Counted from the first letter of the stretch, positions 33,202 to 44,246 are shown. The stretch: 64,000 bases of DNA from Isosphaeraceae bacterium (GCA_965201075.1 CBDAVP010000014.1:186001-250000), one strand, 5' to 3'. Program-made: numbers and translations. Notes: a model not told the origin generated them from the sequence alone.

Positions 33202-34308
33202 ATGGCAAGACCGCGCAGGCGAGCCTTCACCCTGATCGAGTTGCTGGTCGTCATCGCCATCATCGGAGTTTTGATTGGGCTGCTCCTGCCGGCCGTCCAG
33301 GCCGCGCGAGAGGCGGCGCGGCGGGCCCAGTGCACCAACAACCTCAAGCAGATCACCCTGGCCATCATCAACTACACCGAGACCTACGGCGCCACGCCCC
33401 TGCACGAGTTCCGCTACCAGGGCGACGCCGGCGTCCCCGGCTCCGGCTGCAAAAGCTGGTACTGCGGCATCCTCCCCTTCGCCGAGCAAATGCCCCTCTA
33501 CAACGCCCTGAACTTCTCCTACACCACCGAGTACGCCGAGATTTCTCCCGGAGTCGGTCCCAGCGCCACGGTCTTTCACACCACGGTCTCCACCTTCCTG
33601 TGCCCCTCCGACGGCGTCACCAACAACAACGTCCCGGGCATCGGCTGCTTCAACTACGTCGCCAACTCGGGCCACCCCCGCAACATCCTGCTGCCGGGTG
33701 ACTCCCCCAACGGCGGTAACTTCCCGCCCCTGACCGGCATCGTCTCGACGGCCAAGATGTACCCCGGCCAGATCTTCTGCTCCTCCGGCGGCAACACCAC
33801 CGCCGACACCACCGTCAAGTTCGCCGCTATCACCGACGGCCTCTCCAACACCGCGGCCGTCAGCGAGTCCTTGATGAACGACGGCCAGGGCAACTCCCCG
33901 GACCCCCGCCGCAACCTCAACTACACCAACGCCGGCCTGACCGACCAGGTCGACGTCTCGGTTTTGGCCGTTGTCCAGGACGGCCTGGCCGCGGGCAACG
34001 TCCAGAACTGGCAGCCCTGGAGCTACTACAAGGGGCAGGGCTGGGGCTACACCGACGCCTGGGAGCGCCACCTCTACTCCCACGTCTTCCCGCCCAACGG
34101 CCCGTCGATCAACACCTACAACACCGACACCTTCCGCTGCCTGGAAGGGGACAGCTCGATGAACCCCACCAGCCTGCACCCCGGCGGCGTCAACCTGTCG
34201 ATGATGGACGGCTCGGTCCGGTTCCTCAAGAACTCGATCAACCTGCCCGCCTGGTGGGCCCTGGGCACCAAGGGTCGGGGCGAGCTCGTCTCCTCCGACG
34301 CGTATTGA
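33202..34308 (+). CDS. DUF1559 prepilin-type N-terminal cleavage/methylation protein
   Basis: AFTLIELLVVIAIIGVLIGLLLPAVQAAREAARRAQCTNNLKQ; ITDGLSNT; HPGGVNLSMMDGSVRF. Confidence 0.96.
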   Translation: MARPRRRAFTLIELLVVIAIIGVLIGLLLPAVQAAREAARRAQCTNNLKQITLAIINYTETYGATPLHEFRYQGDAGVPGSGCKSWYCGILPFAEQMPLYNALNFSYTTEYAEISPGVGPSATVFHTTVSTFLCPSDGVTNNNVPGIGCFNYVANSGHPRNILLPGDSPNGGNFPPLTGIVSTAKMYPGQIFCSSGGNTTADTTVKFAAITDGLSNTAAVSESLMNDGQGNSPDPRRNLNYTNAGLTDQVDVSVLAVVQDGLAAGNVQNWQPWSYYKGQGWGYTDAWERHLYSHVFPPNGPSINTYNTDTFRCLEGDSSMNPTSLHPGGVNLSMMDGSVRFLKNSINLPAWWALGTKGRGELVSSDAY

Positions 34309-34338
34309 CCTGGCCCCTGGGACTGGAGACCTCCCCCA

Positions 34339-34758
34339 ATGTTCCTACGAGTCCTTGCCGCGACGGCCGTGGCCGTCGCGGTAGCGGTGGCCCCCGGCTG
34401 CGGCCCGGAGGCCCCGAAGTTCGACCCGGCCACCCGCTACACCCCCGACTCGCTGGCCCAGGAACTGGCCTTCCGCCTCAAGGCCCTGGGTCCTCGACGC
34501 TCCGCCGCTCGGCCGTCGACCCGCAAGGCGGTCGGTCGCGAGGTGGGCAAGTCCGCCGAAGCCACCAAGGCCGCCCCCGCCGAGACTTTGGACGACCTCG
34601 TCGCCGAAACCGCCCGCAAGGCCAACACGATCCCCGGCCTGCCCACCGCCGAGGCCCTCAAGCAGGTCGCCGACGCCATCGGCCGCGAGACCTCGATCGC
34701 CGAGCCCGACCGTCGCCGCATCGCCGAACTCCTGAACCACCCGGCCGAACCCCTCTGA
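34339..34758 (+). CDS. putative lipoprotein accompanying the DUF1559 gene
   Basis: Hydrophobic signal ending in APGC. Confidence 0.7.
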   Translation: MFLRVLAATAVAVAVAVAPGCGPEAPKFDPATRYTPDSLAQELAFRLKALGPRRSAARPSTRKAVGREVGKSAEATKAAPAETLDDLVAETARKANTIPGLPTAEALKQVADAIGRETSIAEPDRRRIAELLNHPAEPL

Positions 34759-34787
34759 ACCCGACAACATCCCGGGAGACCCCACCC

Positions 34788-35693
34788 ATGATCCCCACCT
34801 CCGCGCCCCTGACCCGCCGCGGTCTGCTAGGCGGACTGGCCGCCGCCGGCCTGTCCGCCGCCGCCGCGTCCCCAACCCCCGACGCTCCCGCCGCCTCGCG
34901 CACCCTCCGCGTCGCCTTCCTGACCGACTGCCACCTCCCGGAGCCTCCCGGCCAGAACGCCCGCATGGCCAAGGTTCTCGACCGCGTCCAGAACCAGCCC
35001 GACCCCCCCGACCTCCTGATCTTCGGCGGCGACAACGTCATGGCCGTCGACGGCTCAACCCCTGACGCCGCGGCGATCCAGTTCGCCAACTGGTCCGAGC
35101 AGGTCCAGGCCCACCTGGCCCGCCCGGCCCTCAGCGTCATCGGCAACCACGACATCGTCTGGAAGGCCGCCCCCGCCGCCGACCCCAAGGCCGCCGCCAT
35201 CGCCACCTACAAGATGCCCGCCCGCTACCACCAACACCAGGCTGGCGGCTGGACCTTCCTCCTGCTGGACACCTACCACGCCGACGGCTGCCGCATCGAC
35301 GACGAGCAGCTCGCCTGGCTGGAACAGCGGCTGGCCGACGGCGACGGACCCGTCGCCCTGGTCTCGCACGCCCCCATCCTGACGGTCACCAGCTTCTTCG
35401 AGCCCAAAACGCTGGCCAACGGCAAGTACACCGTCCCCGTGGGATGGATGGTCGCCGACGTCATCCGCCTGCGAGACCTCTTCCTGGCCCACCCCCGAGT
35501 CAAGCTCGCCCTCAGCGGCCACATGCACCAGGTCGACCGAGTCGACTTCCGCGGCGTGACCTACCTCTGCGGAGGAGCCGTCAGCGGAAACTGGTGGGAC
35601 CCCACCCCCTACCTCGGCTTCGGCCCGGTCTACGTCATGCTCGACCTCTTCGCCGACGGAACCGCCCGCCACGAAGTCGTTCCCTGGGAATGA
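34788..35693 (+). CDS. Tat-exported calcineurin-like metallophosphoesterase
   Basis: TRRGLL Tat motif; TDCH, GGDN, GNHD, SHAP, SGHMH. Confidence 0.9.
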   Translation: MIPTSAPLTRRGLLGGLAAAGLSAAAASPTPDAPAASRTLRVAFLTDCHLPEPPGQNARMAKVLDRVQNQPDPPDLLIFGGDNVMAVDGSTPDAAAIQFANWSEQVQAHLARPALSVIGNHDIVWKAAPAADPKAAAIATYKMPARYHQHQAGGWTFLLLDTYHADGCRIDDEQLAWLEQRLADGDGPVALVSHAPILTVTSFFEPKTLANGKYTVPVGWMVADVIRLRDLFLAHPRVKLALSGHMHQVDRVDFRGVTYLCGGAVSGNWWDPTPYLGFGPVYVMLDLFADGTARHEVVPWE

Positions 35694-35781
35694 CGCCCCA
35701 TTGAGGCAAAAGGGGAGCGGCCTAACCCATTCCGCGTGACACCGATTTCCCCAATACTCTCGGGTTGCGCCGCCGGCCCGC

Positions 35782-36114
35782 TCAAATCCCGACCAATAAC
35801 TTCAACCGAGCATCAATCACCGCGACGACGGCCGGGCTCAAGCATCCCGTCCGCCTTTCCAGCCGATGCACCGAAACCGTCCTGACCTGGTCCACCATCA
35901 CGACGCTCGGCTTCACCAGGCCGCCATCCGGGGGGCTGACCGGGACGTGCATCGGGAGTTTCCGGTCCGTCCCCGTGATCGGCAGGACCACGACCAGCCC
36001 CGACGGGCCGCTGTTGACGCGATCGGCCGAGACGATCACCGCGGGGCGCCTGCCCGACTGTTGGCGGCCGGTGGTGGGGTTCAGGTCCACCATCCACACC
36101 TCACCCCTGAGCAT
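35782..36114 (-). CDS. mazF: PemK/MazF-family endoribonuclease toxin
   Basis: MLRGEVWMVDLNPTTGRQQSGRRPAVIVS...VVVLPIT...DQVRTVS. Confidence 0.93.
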   Translation of the reverse strand: MLRGEVWMVDLNPTTGRQQSGRRPAVIVSADRVNSGPSGLVVVLPITGTDRKLPMHVPVSPPDGGLVKPSVVMVDQVRTVSVHRLERRTGCLSPAVVAVIDARLKLLVGI

Positions 36115-36364
36115 CGGGCGCCGCCTCCAGGCCGTCGGCCATCGTGGCATCCCAGCCCGCGATCTCCTTCTGATAGTCCGCCCACGCCGCCGGATCCGCT
36201 TTCAACGCCGAGTAGGCCTCGTGATACTCCGCCCAGAAGAGTTTCTCCTGGTAAAGCTTCACCGCCTCATCGACAATCGCCAGCATGCTCACGCCGGTCT
36301 TCTCGGCCAGGTCGCCCAAAGTCGCTCGGGTGCTGCGGCTGACCCGGATGGTCAGGCTGTCCAT
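36101..36364 (-). CDS. ribbon-helix-helix antitoxin of MazF
   Basis: LTIRVSRSTRATLGDLA N-terminus, WDATMADGLE C-terminus; overlaps the toxin. Confidence 0.85.
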   Translation of the reverse strand: MDSLTIRVSRSTRATLGDLAEKTGVSMLAIVDEAVKLYQEKLFWAEYHEAYSALKADPAAWADYQKEIAGWDATMADGLEAAPDAQG

Positions 36365-36402
36365 TTGAAATCCGTTGGTGTTGGCTTACCATCTCTATTT
36401 CA

Positions 36403-36431
36403 GTTGCCCGTATTGTAGACAAAAATGCAAC
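36403..36431. promoter_or_regulatory. palindromic operator upstream of the antitoxin (probable TA autoregulation site)
   Basis: GTTGC-ccgta-TTGTAGACAA-aaat-GCAAC. Confidence 0.4.
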
Positions 36432-36441
36432 AGGGAAAGAC

Positions 36442-36660
36442 GCTGAAAATCGTAACCTCGACACGAGTCGTGAGATACACCGCCATTTTCGCTGCCGCCA
36501 GGCGGGATCAAACACTCGCACGGGAGGGATTGACCACAATGATGCATGCCATTTAAAATTGTCACTACTGGGTGTGCGGCACGGATTGCGGTTGACTGAT
36601 CCCTTTCGTTAGTTTTAAGAAGAATCCACACCCGTAAAAGATAAATTATAAAAGATTTTC
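36442..36660 (+). ncRNA. candidate structured RNA leader of the reverse transcriptase
   Basis: Several stems found by eye (36445-36490, 36495-36505, 36570-36633); no convincing ORF. Confidence 0.35.
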
Positions 36661-36673
36661 CCAGAGTATAAGT

Positions 36674-38776
36674 ATGCCGCTGCCGAGAGATTTCCTGGGA
36701 ATCGAGAATTTTCGTCTCGCATTTTGGAGAATCGTCAAGAGCAGTAAAAAAGACTATAAGCAGTATTACAGACATTCCTTTCAGTCGTATTCCCTATCAC
36801 TTGACGAAAACCTCACAGCGATTATCACGCAGATCCGCCGTGGCGTGTATGAGCCAAGCGCTCCTACAATCGTTTTTCACCCGAAGAAATCCGGTGTACT
36901 TCGTCCACTAACCCTGCTCACATTCAAGGACTTGATCGTATATCAAGCAGTTGTCAACATCGTCGCAGATAAAATGATGGTAGTTCAGGAGAAATACGCA
37001 TTCAAAAAATGCTATGGAGCTATATTGTCGATAAGATTTAGACATTACTTTTTCAACTCGTGGAGAATTTGCTATAAAAAATTTAATCAAAGCGTTTGTG
37101 ATTCTTATGCGTGTGGAAATGTCTTTGTAGCAGACTTCGACCTCGTTGCCTGTTATGAGTTGATTGACCACGGCATTCTTCGCTCCTGTATTGCGGATAA
37201 GGTAAAGAGCGAAGACCTGTTAGAGTTCCTGTTCAAGTGCCTTTCCCATTGGACGACAAATTCGATCGGGAAACACCTGAGGCACGGTATACCTCAAGGG
37301 CCTGATGCTTCATCTTTCTTGGCTGAATGCGTACTGTTTCGATTCGATGCTACACCGTTTAGGGACGCTCAATATTTCCGTTACATCGACGATATAAAGC
37401 TCATGGCAAAAGACACGGTGCCGCTCCGGCGGGCATTGTTGCGACTCGACTTGAAGTGTAAGGAACTAGGACTGGTGCCGCAGGCACAGAAGATTACCCT
37501 GGGAAAAATCGACAAACTCGAACATATAATCAAGTCTGTGCCAAGCTTGGTCATTGAAAAGGTCGAGAAAAAGAGGCCGGGGTCGCACGCCGAGCTGGAC
37601 AGATTATTTCGAGCGAGTATTGCGAAGAAGAGTGGGCGTTGGGACATCATCGACGTCACGAAGTTCAAATACGCTCTGGGCAATATGAATCCAAGGCTTG
37701 CAATCTTACGCAGAATTGGGCCGATGCTGGCAGAGAGACCGGACTTGTCTCCCACATTCGCGAACTATCTCAGAAAATTCAAAACGTCGAAACCGGTAGC
37801 TGATCTATTGCTGGAAACTTTGAAATGCGACCCTATTTATGACGCGTCTGCCGCCGATTATATCAGGACAATGGACTGTTGCGAGCCACTATCTGATCAT
37901 CGGGAATATCGTAGGGTCGTAAGCACCGCAAGGAAACGCTCCGAAGAAAATAGCATCTTGATTCGAATCGCCGCGCTTACGTTTCGCGGCAAGAGAAAAG
38001 GCCCCAAGGACGCGATGAAGTTAATCGCGGAGGAACACGAACCATTGGTCAGGAATATGGTACTTCATGCTCTATTCGGCGCGACCAGAGATGCCCCGTT
38101 TAAGTTGAATAATTGCCGAGAGTTGCTTCAAAACGAGGTGGACGGCGACGATGAAGATTTGGCGAGATATTGCGGGTTATTGTTAATACTCGACAGCTAC
38201 CTCGGTGGCAAAGAATGGATGCCGGGCAGAGCAGCTAATGGATCGGTCAAATTATTGGCAAAAGGCTTGGGACTTCGCAGTCGGATGCCTGCGAGCAAGT
38301 GCGTGCTGGATGGGTTCTTCGACAAATATGGCGTTCGAGTGACCTTTTCATGGCGAAAAGCCCTCGGTGGTAATCTCAAGGCAGCGGAACACAAATGTCT
38401 TCGACTTCTCCAATTTGAAATTGGCGATCCAACAGCCAAGATATTGATGCTTGACACATTCAACGAAATTCTCGTCCAATCGTTTTCGAACAGACATCCA
38501 ACATTGCAAGGACCTTACAGTAAGGCTGCCGGCAAAAACACGCATCCTGACTACGGGAACTGGCTGAACAACGGCACTTTCAAAACGGTGATGGCAAATT
38601 GCGTGACGGAGTTGCTGGCCATTCATAAGGCCCGGGTTGGTGGAGACTTGGCGCACGCGAAAAGTAAGTCTGGCAGGCCGACTAGAGCAATTTCATTCGA
38701 TCAGGCGAGGAGACATATGGGTCAGGCGCGGAAAGCCTGGAAAATATTGGTAAGAGAATGGTCGTCAATACTTTGA
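36674..38776 (+). CDS. stand-alone UG/Abi-like reverse transcriptase with helical region and C-terminal HEPN-like motif
   Basis: PKKSGVLRPL, ADFDLVACYELIDH, GIPQGPDASSFLA, RYIDDI (37382-37393), LGL; C-terminal RVGGDLAH (38633-38656); much lower GC than flanks. Confidence 0.9.
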   Translation: MPLPRDFLGIENFRLAFWRIVKSSKKDYKQYYRHSFQSYSLSLDENLTAIITQIRRGVYEPSAPTIVFHPKKSGVLRPLTLLTFKDLIVYQAVVNIVADKMMVVQEKYAFKKCYGAILSIRFRHYFFNSWRICYKKFNQSVCDSYACGNVFVADFDLVACYELIDHGILRSCIADKVKSEDLLEFLFKCLSHWTTNSIGKHLRHGIPQGPDASSFLAECVLFRFDATPFRDAQYFRYIDDIKLMAKDTVPLRRALLRLDLKCKELGLVPQAQKITLGKIDKLEHIIKSVPSLVIEKVEKKRPGSHAELDRLFRASIAKKSGRWDIIDVTKFKYALGNMNPRLAILRRIGPMLAERPDLSPTFANYLRKFKTSKPVADLLLETLKCDPIYDASAADYIRTMDCCEPLSDHREYRRVVSTARKRSEENSILIRIAALTFRGKRKGPKDAMKLIAEEHEPLVRNMVLHALFGATRDAPFKLNNCRELLQNEVDGDDEDLARYCGLLLILDSYLGGKEWMPGRAANGSVKLLAKGLGLRSRMPASKCVLDGFFDKYGVRVTFSWRKALGGNLKAAEHKCLRLLQFEIGDPTAKILMLDTFNEILVQSFSNRHPTLQGPYSKAAGKNTHPDYGNWLNNGTFKTVMANCVTELLAIHKARVGGDLAHAKSKSGRPTRAISFDQARRHMGQARKAWKILVREWSSIL

Positions 38777-38870
38777 GGTGGCGATTCACGGCTGTTGAGG
38801 CGGGGAACGACCTCCGATCACGGTTGGCACACGCGAGGACCGATGGGGCCGAGTTGCACTCGAACCGGGT

Positions 38871-38910
38871 GGGAGGAATTGGGGGAAGAGTTGGGGAGGA
38901 GTTGGTGTCA
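38871..38910 (+). repeat. short tandem repeat (~12 bp x3) ending in GGTGTCA, REP-like
   Basis: gggaggaattgggg-gaagagttgggg-aggagttggtgtca. Confidence 0.55.
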
Positions 38911-39072
38911 ATTCATCGTATCGTTCGCTCGGATTGGTTCTGTCAACTCAATTTCCACTTGCGTTTACACTGGCCATTCGGCGTGGAAAAATGGACGGGA
39001 ACGGAGTTCCTCCCCGATTCGGTTTCCCCTCTGACCGTCCTCGACTGAGCGTTGAGGGTTGCCGGGGGGCGT

Positions 39073-39098
39073 TTTGCTCAACAGTTCGGTTGAGCAAA
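39073..39098. terminator. hairpin between the convergent RT and HTH genes
   Basis: TTTGCTCAAC-agttcg-GTTGAGCAAA perfect 10-bp stem. Confidence 0.6.
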
Positions 39099-39110
39099 GT
39101 TGTTCGCAGG

Positions 39111-39533
39111 TCATGCCTCGACGGGTGCCTTCCGGGCGGACCTGACCTTGGAAGCGGCAGGGCGTCGCGGCTCGGCGTGATGGGCCGGGGCGGGCTTGAT
39201 CCGCGCGAGCTTGGCGAAGCGCAGGCGGAAGTGGTCGGGGCTGGCGGGCAATTCGCCCAACAGCCTTCGGGCGATCCGGGCCGGGACGCGTTGCCCCTGC
39301 TCCCAGGACTTGATCGTGGCGGGCGATACACAGAGGAAGTTCGCGAGGACGCCCTGACTCATCCCGTAGGAATCACGCAACGCACGGACGGCCGGGCTGT
39401 CGAACTTCGCGGGCTCCGCGTCGATGGAGTAATTGCGCACGGTGAAGCGCTGTTCCAAAGGGACCCCGGCCACCGCCGCATCGACCAGTTCCTGGAGTGC
39501 CGCGGCAATCCTCTTGCCGGCCTGGGTCGCCAT
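39111..39533 (-). CDS. XRE-family HTH protein (HigA/MqsA-like antitoxin, orphan)
   Basis: VRALRDSYGMSQGVLANFLCVSPATIKSWEQGQRVP. Confidence 0.85.
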   Translation of the reverse strand: MATQAGKRIAAALQELVDAAVAGVPLEQRFTVRNYSIDAEPAKFDSPAVRALRDSYGMSQGVLANFLCVSPATIKSWEQGQRVPARIARRLLGELPASPDHFRLRFAKLARIKPAPAHHAEPRRPAASKVRSARKAPVEA

Positions 39534-39799
39534 CACTTGCCCCCTTTTACTGGATCGTGGCCTGGGATCGGGCTTCGTCGGCATTGATTCTACCCGTTTG
39601 GATCGTTTCGGAAGGAATTGGGCTGGGTCGCCTTGGGGAATCTCTCCTCCGATGCGGGCCGCCCTAATTTTCGAGAGCGACCCCCGGACATCGGTTCCCC
39701 TTGCCCTGGGGAGCCTCGGCGGGTCTAATGTGACGGGAAAGGCACCCGACCCCAAGACCCACGGCGCCGCGACGCCGCGGGCCCGAGGAGCTTTTCCCC

Positions 39800-41311
<1,512 letters not shown>

Positions 41312-41342
41312 CCGTCGGCGTGCCTACGAGGAGACACCCGGC

Positions 41343-41903
41343 ATGAGCACCGTCTCAACGCCAGCCGCGACCCTCGACGACCTGGCCCGCACCCCCGGCA
41401 AGGCGGAACTGATCGGCGGGAGGATCGTCCCCCTGATGCCCACCGGCCTCCGCCCGAACCTCATCGCCGGCCGCATCTACCGGAGCCTCGCCGACCACGC
41501 CGACGCCACCGGCCTCGGCCTGGCCCTGACCGACAACATGGGCTTCGCCGTTCCTGAACTCCCATCCGGACGCCAATCCTTCTCGCCGGATGTCGCCTAC
41601 TACGACGGCCCATTTTCCACCTCGGACATGCGATTCATCCAGGGGCCGCCCACCTTCGCCGTCGAGGTTCGCAGCGAAGGGGACTATACCCCAGCCGCCG
41701 AGCGGGCCATCGCGGCCAAGCGTGCCGACTACTTCGCCGCCAGCACCCACATCGTCTGGGACGTCGATTCGATCGCGGAAACCATCCACGCTTACCACTC
41801 CGCCGCCCCCGACCGGCCCAAGACGTTCCGCAAGGGCCAGGACGCCGACGCCGAACCGGCCGTCCCGGGCTGGCGGAACTCGGCGGCACGTGTCTTTCAG
41901 TGA
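41343..41903 (+). CDS. Uma2/DUF820 family protein
   Basis: KAELIGG, FSPDVAY, PTFAVEVRS, KRADYFAA, AEPAVPGW. Confidence 0.9.
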   Translation: MSTVSTPAATLDDLARTPGKAELIGGRIVPLMPTGLRPNLIAGRIYRSLADHADATGLGLALTDNMGFAVPELPSGRQSFSPDVAYYDGPFSTSDMRFIQGPPTFAVEVRSEGDYTPAAERAIAAKRADYFAASTHIVWDVDSIAETIHAYHSAAPDRPKTFRKGQDADAEPAVPGWRNSAARVFQ

Positions 41904-42042
41904 CGCTCACGCGGGATCGACCGTACGAAATCCGCTCATGCCGTTGTCGCGGAAGAACACGTTCTGCCAAGCGGTCAACGTGCTGCCAGGCATGGGAACG
42001 AGATTTCGACATTAAGTGCGCAAGTGGAAAGGGTGGCCATTG

Positions 42043-42705
42043 ATGACTCGACCGGACACTAACCGCCAGCGAGTGATCGATCACGGCGAGGTCTTCACCC
42101 CGCCCGGGCTAGTCAACGACATGCTCGACTTCGTCGCCCATGAGTGCGAGCGCATCGACTCACGCTTTCTGGAACCCGCTTGCGGCGACGGGAACTTCCT
42201 GGCCGAAGTGCTGCGACGGAAGTTGCTGACGGTGGACAAACGCAATGCCCGAGACCGAGACAAATGGGAGCGTGACACGATCCTGGCCGTGTGCAGCCTC
42301 TACGGCATCGACCTGCTAGCCGACAACATCGCCAACTGCCACGAACGGCTTTTGAAAATCGCCAACGACGCCCATGCCGCTCGGTTCAAAGGCTTGCTTC
42401 CCGGAGCCGCCACCCGCGCCGTGGCCTATGTTCTTTCCAAGAACATCGTGCAGGGCGACGCCCTCACGTTGCGAACCCTTGGCGATCGCCCAATCGTGTT
42501 CCCGGAGTGGTCCCCGGTGAACGGCTCGATGCTCAAGCGCCGCGACTTCGCTTATGACCATTTGCTCAATCACGCCCATATCTCAAACCCGCCCTTGTTC
42601 AGTGATTTGGGAAAAGACGTTTTCGTTCCCACGCCCGTCGGCGAATATCCCCCATGCCACTACCTGAAAGTCCCCGACGCGGAAGCTTCGATTGAACGGC
42701 CATAA
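42043..42705 (+). CDS. restriction-modification methyltransferase small subunit
   Basis: HGEVFTP, SRFLEPACGDGNFL (motif I), LYGIDL, NIVQGDAL; no NPPY. Confidence 0.85.
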   Translation: MTRPDTNRQRVIDHGEVFTPPGLVNDMLDFVAHECERIDSRFLEPACGDGNFLAEVLRRKLLTVDKRNARDRDKWERDTILAVCSLYGIDLLADNIANCHERLLKIANDAHAARFKGLLPGAATRAVAYVLSKNIVQGDALTLRTLGDRPIVFPEWSPVNGSMLKRRDFAYDHLLNHAHISNPPLFSDLGKDVFVPTPVGEYPPCHYLKVPDAEASIERP

Positions 42706-44246
42706 CCCCGACATCCTTACCTGTCTGGCCAACCTGAGCGCCGATGAGGTTTTCACGCCGCCCAAACTCGCGTCGGCGATGCTCGACCTCCTGCCGCAGG
42801 AGTTGTTCCGCCGTCCCGACTCGACGTTTCTCGATCCCGTCTGCAAGTCCGGCGTCTTCCCGCGCGAGATCGCCAGACGACTGAATGAAGGTCTCAAGGA
42901 CCAGATGCCCGATGATCAAGCCCGCGTCAACCATATCCTCACCAAGCAGGTCTTCGGATTGGCGACCACGGAGTTGACCGCCTTGCTCAGCCGGCGAAGC
43001 GTCTATTGCTCCAAAAAAGCCGACGGCAAGTACAGCATCGCCACCGCGTTCACCAAGCCGGATGGCAACATCCGCCTGCCCAAGACGCGGCACAATTGGG
43101 ACGACAACGGCAAATGCGGAGCGTGCGGCGCGAGCCAAAGCGAATACGACCGCGACGAGGCGCTCGAAGCCGTACGCCTATCCGTTCATCCACGGCATTG
43201 ACCCGACGGAGGTATTCAAGGTGAAGTTCGACGTGATCGTCGGGAACCCGCCGTATCAGTTGAGCGACGGTGGCTTCGGTCGCAGCGCCTCGCCGATCTA
43301 TCAGCAATTTGTCATGCAGGCGAAGAAGCTTGAACCACGATATCTGACCATGGTCATCCCGTCGCGATGGTTTGCCGGCGGCAAGGGGCTTGATGAGTTT
43401 AGAGGGTCGATGCTCACTGACGCTCGCCTGCGCTCCATTGACGATTTTCTCTGCGCCTCGGACGTCTTTCCCGGCGTTGGCCTCAAGGGTGGCGTTTGCT
43501 ACTTCATCTGGGAGCGTGACAATCCCGGGCTATGCCGCGTTACCACGCATCTCAAAAACGTTCCTCCCTCGACGGCCAGTCGCCAACTGCTCGAAGAAGG
43601 TATGGACGTGTTTATCCGATTCAATGAGGGCCTTTCGATCCTCAGAAAGGTCGCCGCCGTCGAGAGCGGACAGACCCGATCGTTGTCGCTGCCTGAAAAT
43701 GCTCGCTTCGACCGACTGGTTAGTTGCAGAAAGCCCTTTGGGATAGAGACTACGTTCAAAGGCAGAACCGCGAGGGAAGTCGATGACCTGTTGGTTCATC
43801 AGAACGGCGGAAAGGGATATATCGCCAAAAAGCAAGTGACAACGGGCACACACCTCATCGATAAGTGGAAACTATTCATGGGGTACGCCGCGCCGGGGAC
43901 CGGCAACAAAGACACTTCCCCCCACCGAATCATCAGTACGCCGTTCGTCGGAGAGCCGGGCACCATTTCGTCGGAGACCTACCTCTGCATCGGCCCGCTC
44001 GACTCCAAGAGTCAGGCGGAGAGCGTCCTTTCCTACCTCTCCTGCCGATTAACCCGTCTCCTGATTCTTCTGCACAAGCCATCCCAACACACGACTCGCA
44101 AGGTGTACACCTTCGTTCCCATGCAGGATTTCGACCAAACGTGGACTGACGAGAAACTGTACAAAAAATACGGCCTGACCAGGGACGAGATTGATTTCAT
44201 TGAAAAGCTCGTTCGCCCGATGCTCGAGGAGGAATCGCGTGGATAA
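42692..44246 (+). CDS. Eco57I-like N6-adenine methyltransferase with TRD (one frameshift near 43172)
   Basis: DEVFTPP, FLDPVCKSGVF, then in the next frame YAYPFIH, FDVIVGNPPY, IPSRWFAGGKGL, WTDEKLYKKYGL. Confidence 0.85.

Noticed and set aside
36395..36775. 126-aa minus-strand ORF over the RT leader
   Set aside because: Overlaps the RT start antisense, has no recognisable motif, and probably arises by chance
36365..38776. Retron, group II intron or DGR interpretation of the RT
   Set aside because: No NAxxH/VTG motifs or long a1/a2 repeat, no YADD or intron domain V/VI, no TR/VR pair or avd gene
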